Assembly: GCA_041395105.1 (NCBI GenBank)
Contig: JAWLBB010000002.1
Location: forward strand, 298,104 to 322,103
DNA: 24,000 nt
From: Opitutaceae bacterium
Lineage (GTDB): Bacteria; Verrucomicrobiota; Verrucomicrobiia; Opitutales; Opitutaceae
Direction of reading: 5' to 3'
Below the pieces are notes generated by a model. That model ran no database searches. It was not told the origin of the DNA and was given only the letters and a program-made list of their open reading frames with translations. This document shows, piece after piece, positions 22,936 through 24,000 of the stretch (its first letter is position 1; the number at the start of each line of letters is the position of its first letter). The translations under genes were made by a program, and so were the position numbers.

Positions 22936-24000
22936 ATGTCGAGTCCCACGGCACTCCGGTTGGCCCTCCGCACGATCGCGCTTCCTCTCGGCGTCATCAT
23001 CGTCGTCACATTTCTCACCTTCCTTGGGGTATTCGCCCCCTTGGACCGGTTCTGGTTCGACCGTCTGCAGCGCCAGTTTGAATCCCGCGTACCCGTCCCG
23101 GAGGATACGGCATTCGTCCTGATCGACGAGCAATCGCTCCAGGCACTTGGCCGAGACCCCTTCAACTTGCGCTGGCCATGGCCGCGAGCTGCCTTCGCCG
23201 CCCTCCTCATCGCTCTGGATCGGTCGGGTGCCCGTGAAATCGTCGTCGATCTCCTGTTTCTGGAAAACTCGGACGCCGCACAGGATGCGGTTCTCGGTGC
23301 CGTGGCCGCCGGCCTGACCAACGTAACCCTCGCGGCGAAATCCGACCTCGATCGCAACGTTCTCCAATTGCCGGTGGTCTGGCCCGAGGAACTCCGCAAA
23401 GTCCACCCCGGACTCTTTGAATCCCGGCAGCGCTGGGGTCTGGTCAATTCCCGGCCCGATTCGGACGGCATCATCCGCAGCTACCCCCTCGACAGATCCC
23501 TGGCGGAATCCATTCCTTTCGATCGGGATTCGTCGATCCCGATACCGGGTCTCCCGCTCCTGCGCTGGCGCGGAAATCTGGAAAGACTGAAGGAAAGGGG
23601 GGTTCCCGCCGTCCCGGCGGCACCCTTCGTTGCGGAGGGATGGTGGATGCTGGATCGGGCAACCACCGAGGTGCCCGATCTGGATCCCGGGCGCCTGATC
23701 CATGCGCTGGAAAACGAGGAACGGCCGCAGGGAGAGGTCTTCGACCAGGTACGCGGTCGGATCGTCTTCGTCGGAGCCAACGCCGCCGGAGCCTTTGACG
23801 CCGTCGCCACACCGGTGGGCGCACCCGAACCGGGAGTCATCGTCCATTGGACGGCCGCCGCAAATCTCAGATTCCACGACTTCATCAACCCGATCGGAAC
23901 CGGGCTCACCCCCCTCGTCCTCGTCGTCATGGCCATCGGATTGAGCGGAAGACACCGAATGGGATTGCGCCGACCGGGATTGATCGCCGGTGGCGCCGCC
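22936..24000 (+). CDS. CHASE2-domain sensor protein, N-terminal 355 codons (3'-truncated by window edge)
   Basis: Absent from the ORF track because it has no stop in the window. I translated frame 1 from ATG 22936 to 24000 and found no stop. TM IALPLGVIIVVTFLTFLGVFAP. CHASE2-type motifs VLIDEQSLQALGRDPFNLRWPWPR, IVVDLLFLE and IVFVGANAAGAFD. A second TM begins at the end (LTPLVLVVMAIGL). Confidence 0.75.
   Translation, partial: MSSPTALRLALRTIALPLGVIIVVTFLTFLGVFAPLDRFWFDRLQRQFESRVPVPEDTAFVLIDEQSLQALGRDPFNLRWPWPRAAFAALLIALDRSGAREIVVDLLFLENSDAAQDAVLGAVAAGLTNVTLAAKSDLDRNVLQLPVVWPEELRKVHPGLFESRQRWGLVNSRPDSDGIIRSYPLDRSLAESIPFDRDSSIPIPGLPLLRWRGNLERLKERGVPAVPAAPFVAEGWWMLDRATTEVPDLDPGRLIHALENEERPQGEVFDQVRGRIVFVGANAAGAFDAVATPVGAPEPGVIVHWTAAANLRFHDFINPIGTGLTPLVLVVMAIGLSGRHRMGLRRPGLIAGGAA

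Noticed and set aside
22879-23955. 358-aa minus-strand ORF, and the nested 22884..23474, 23471..23824 and 23481..23936 ORFs
   Set aside because: They are antisense to a clear CHASE2-domain reading frame, and the translations are Asp/Gly/Arg-rich without motifs.

Overview
High-GC bacterial chromosomal segment. Spot counts of single 60-nt lines give about 60-65% GC, dropping to about 45-50% in a small islet after a tRNA. The envelope gene content suggests a diderm, possibly PVC/Verrucomicrobia-like, but taxon cannot be established from sequence alone. All family calls rest on motifs I recognise in the translations; no searches were run.

Layout:
- 3' end of a GldG-type ABC-auxiliary gene plus a DUF4340-like gene (+)
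- Standalone coaB and an M48 lipoprotein protease (-)
- A TPR/PEGA-like membrane protein followed by two secreted Gln/Gly/Ser low-complexity proteins, one with Asn-variant thrombospondin-type-3-like Ca-binding repeats (+)
- A 279-bp inverted-repeat-bounded GC-rich element in the convergent gap
- A tightly packed 4-gene minus-strand operon (7257-11725): a MotA/TolQ/ExbB-family channel, a cytoplasmic Hsp70/actin-fold protein with an FHA-like tail, and two paralogous proteins built from a TolR/ExbD-like anchor with the conserved TM Asp, a long coiled coil and a vWA domain
- Two divergent lipoprotein genes (+)
- A 5-gene minus-strand operon (13495-18254): DinB, NRDE/TANGO2, a DedA::ATP-grasp fusion, an OlsB-like N-acyltransferase and a PlsC/OlsA-like O-acyltransferase
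- An SNF2 helicase (+) and tRNA-Phe(GAA)
- A lower-GC radical-SAM gene with a SPASM-like Cys module at the wrong (N-terminal) end
- A CHASE2 sensor gene that runs off the window and is missing from the supplied ORF track

The best candidate for an undescribed system is the MotA-like / Hsp70-FHA-like / double ExbD-anchor-vWA operon. It reads as an ion-driven 5:2-type motor with a novel periplasmic vWA output. The second candidate is the extended aminolipid-type operon with the DedA::ATP-grasp fusion. The ORF track translates GTG/TTG starts as M, so several starts were re-chosen.
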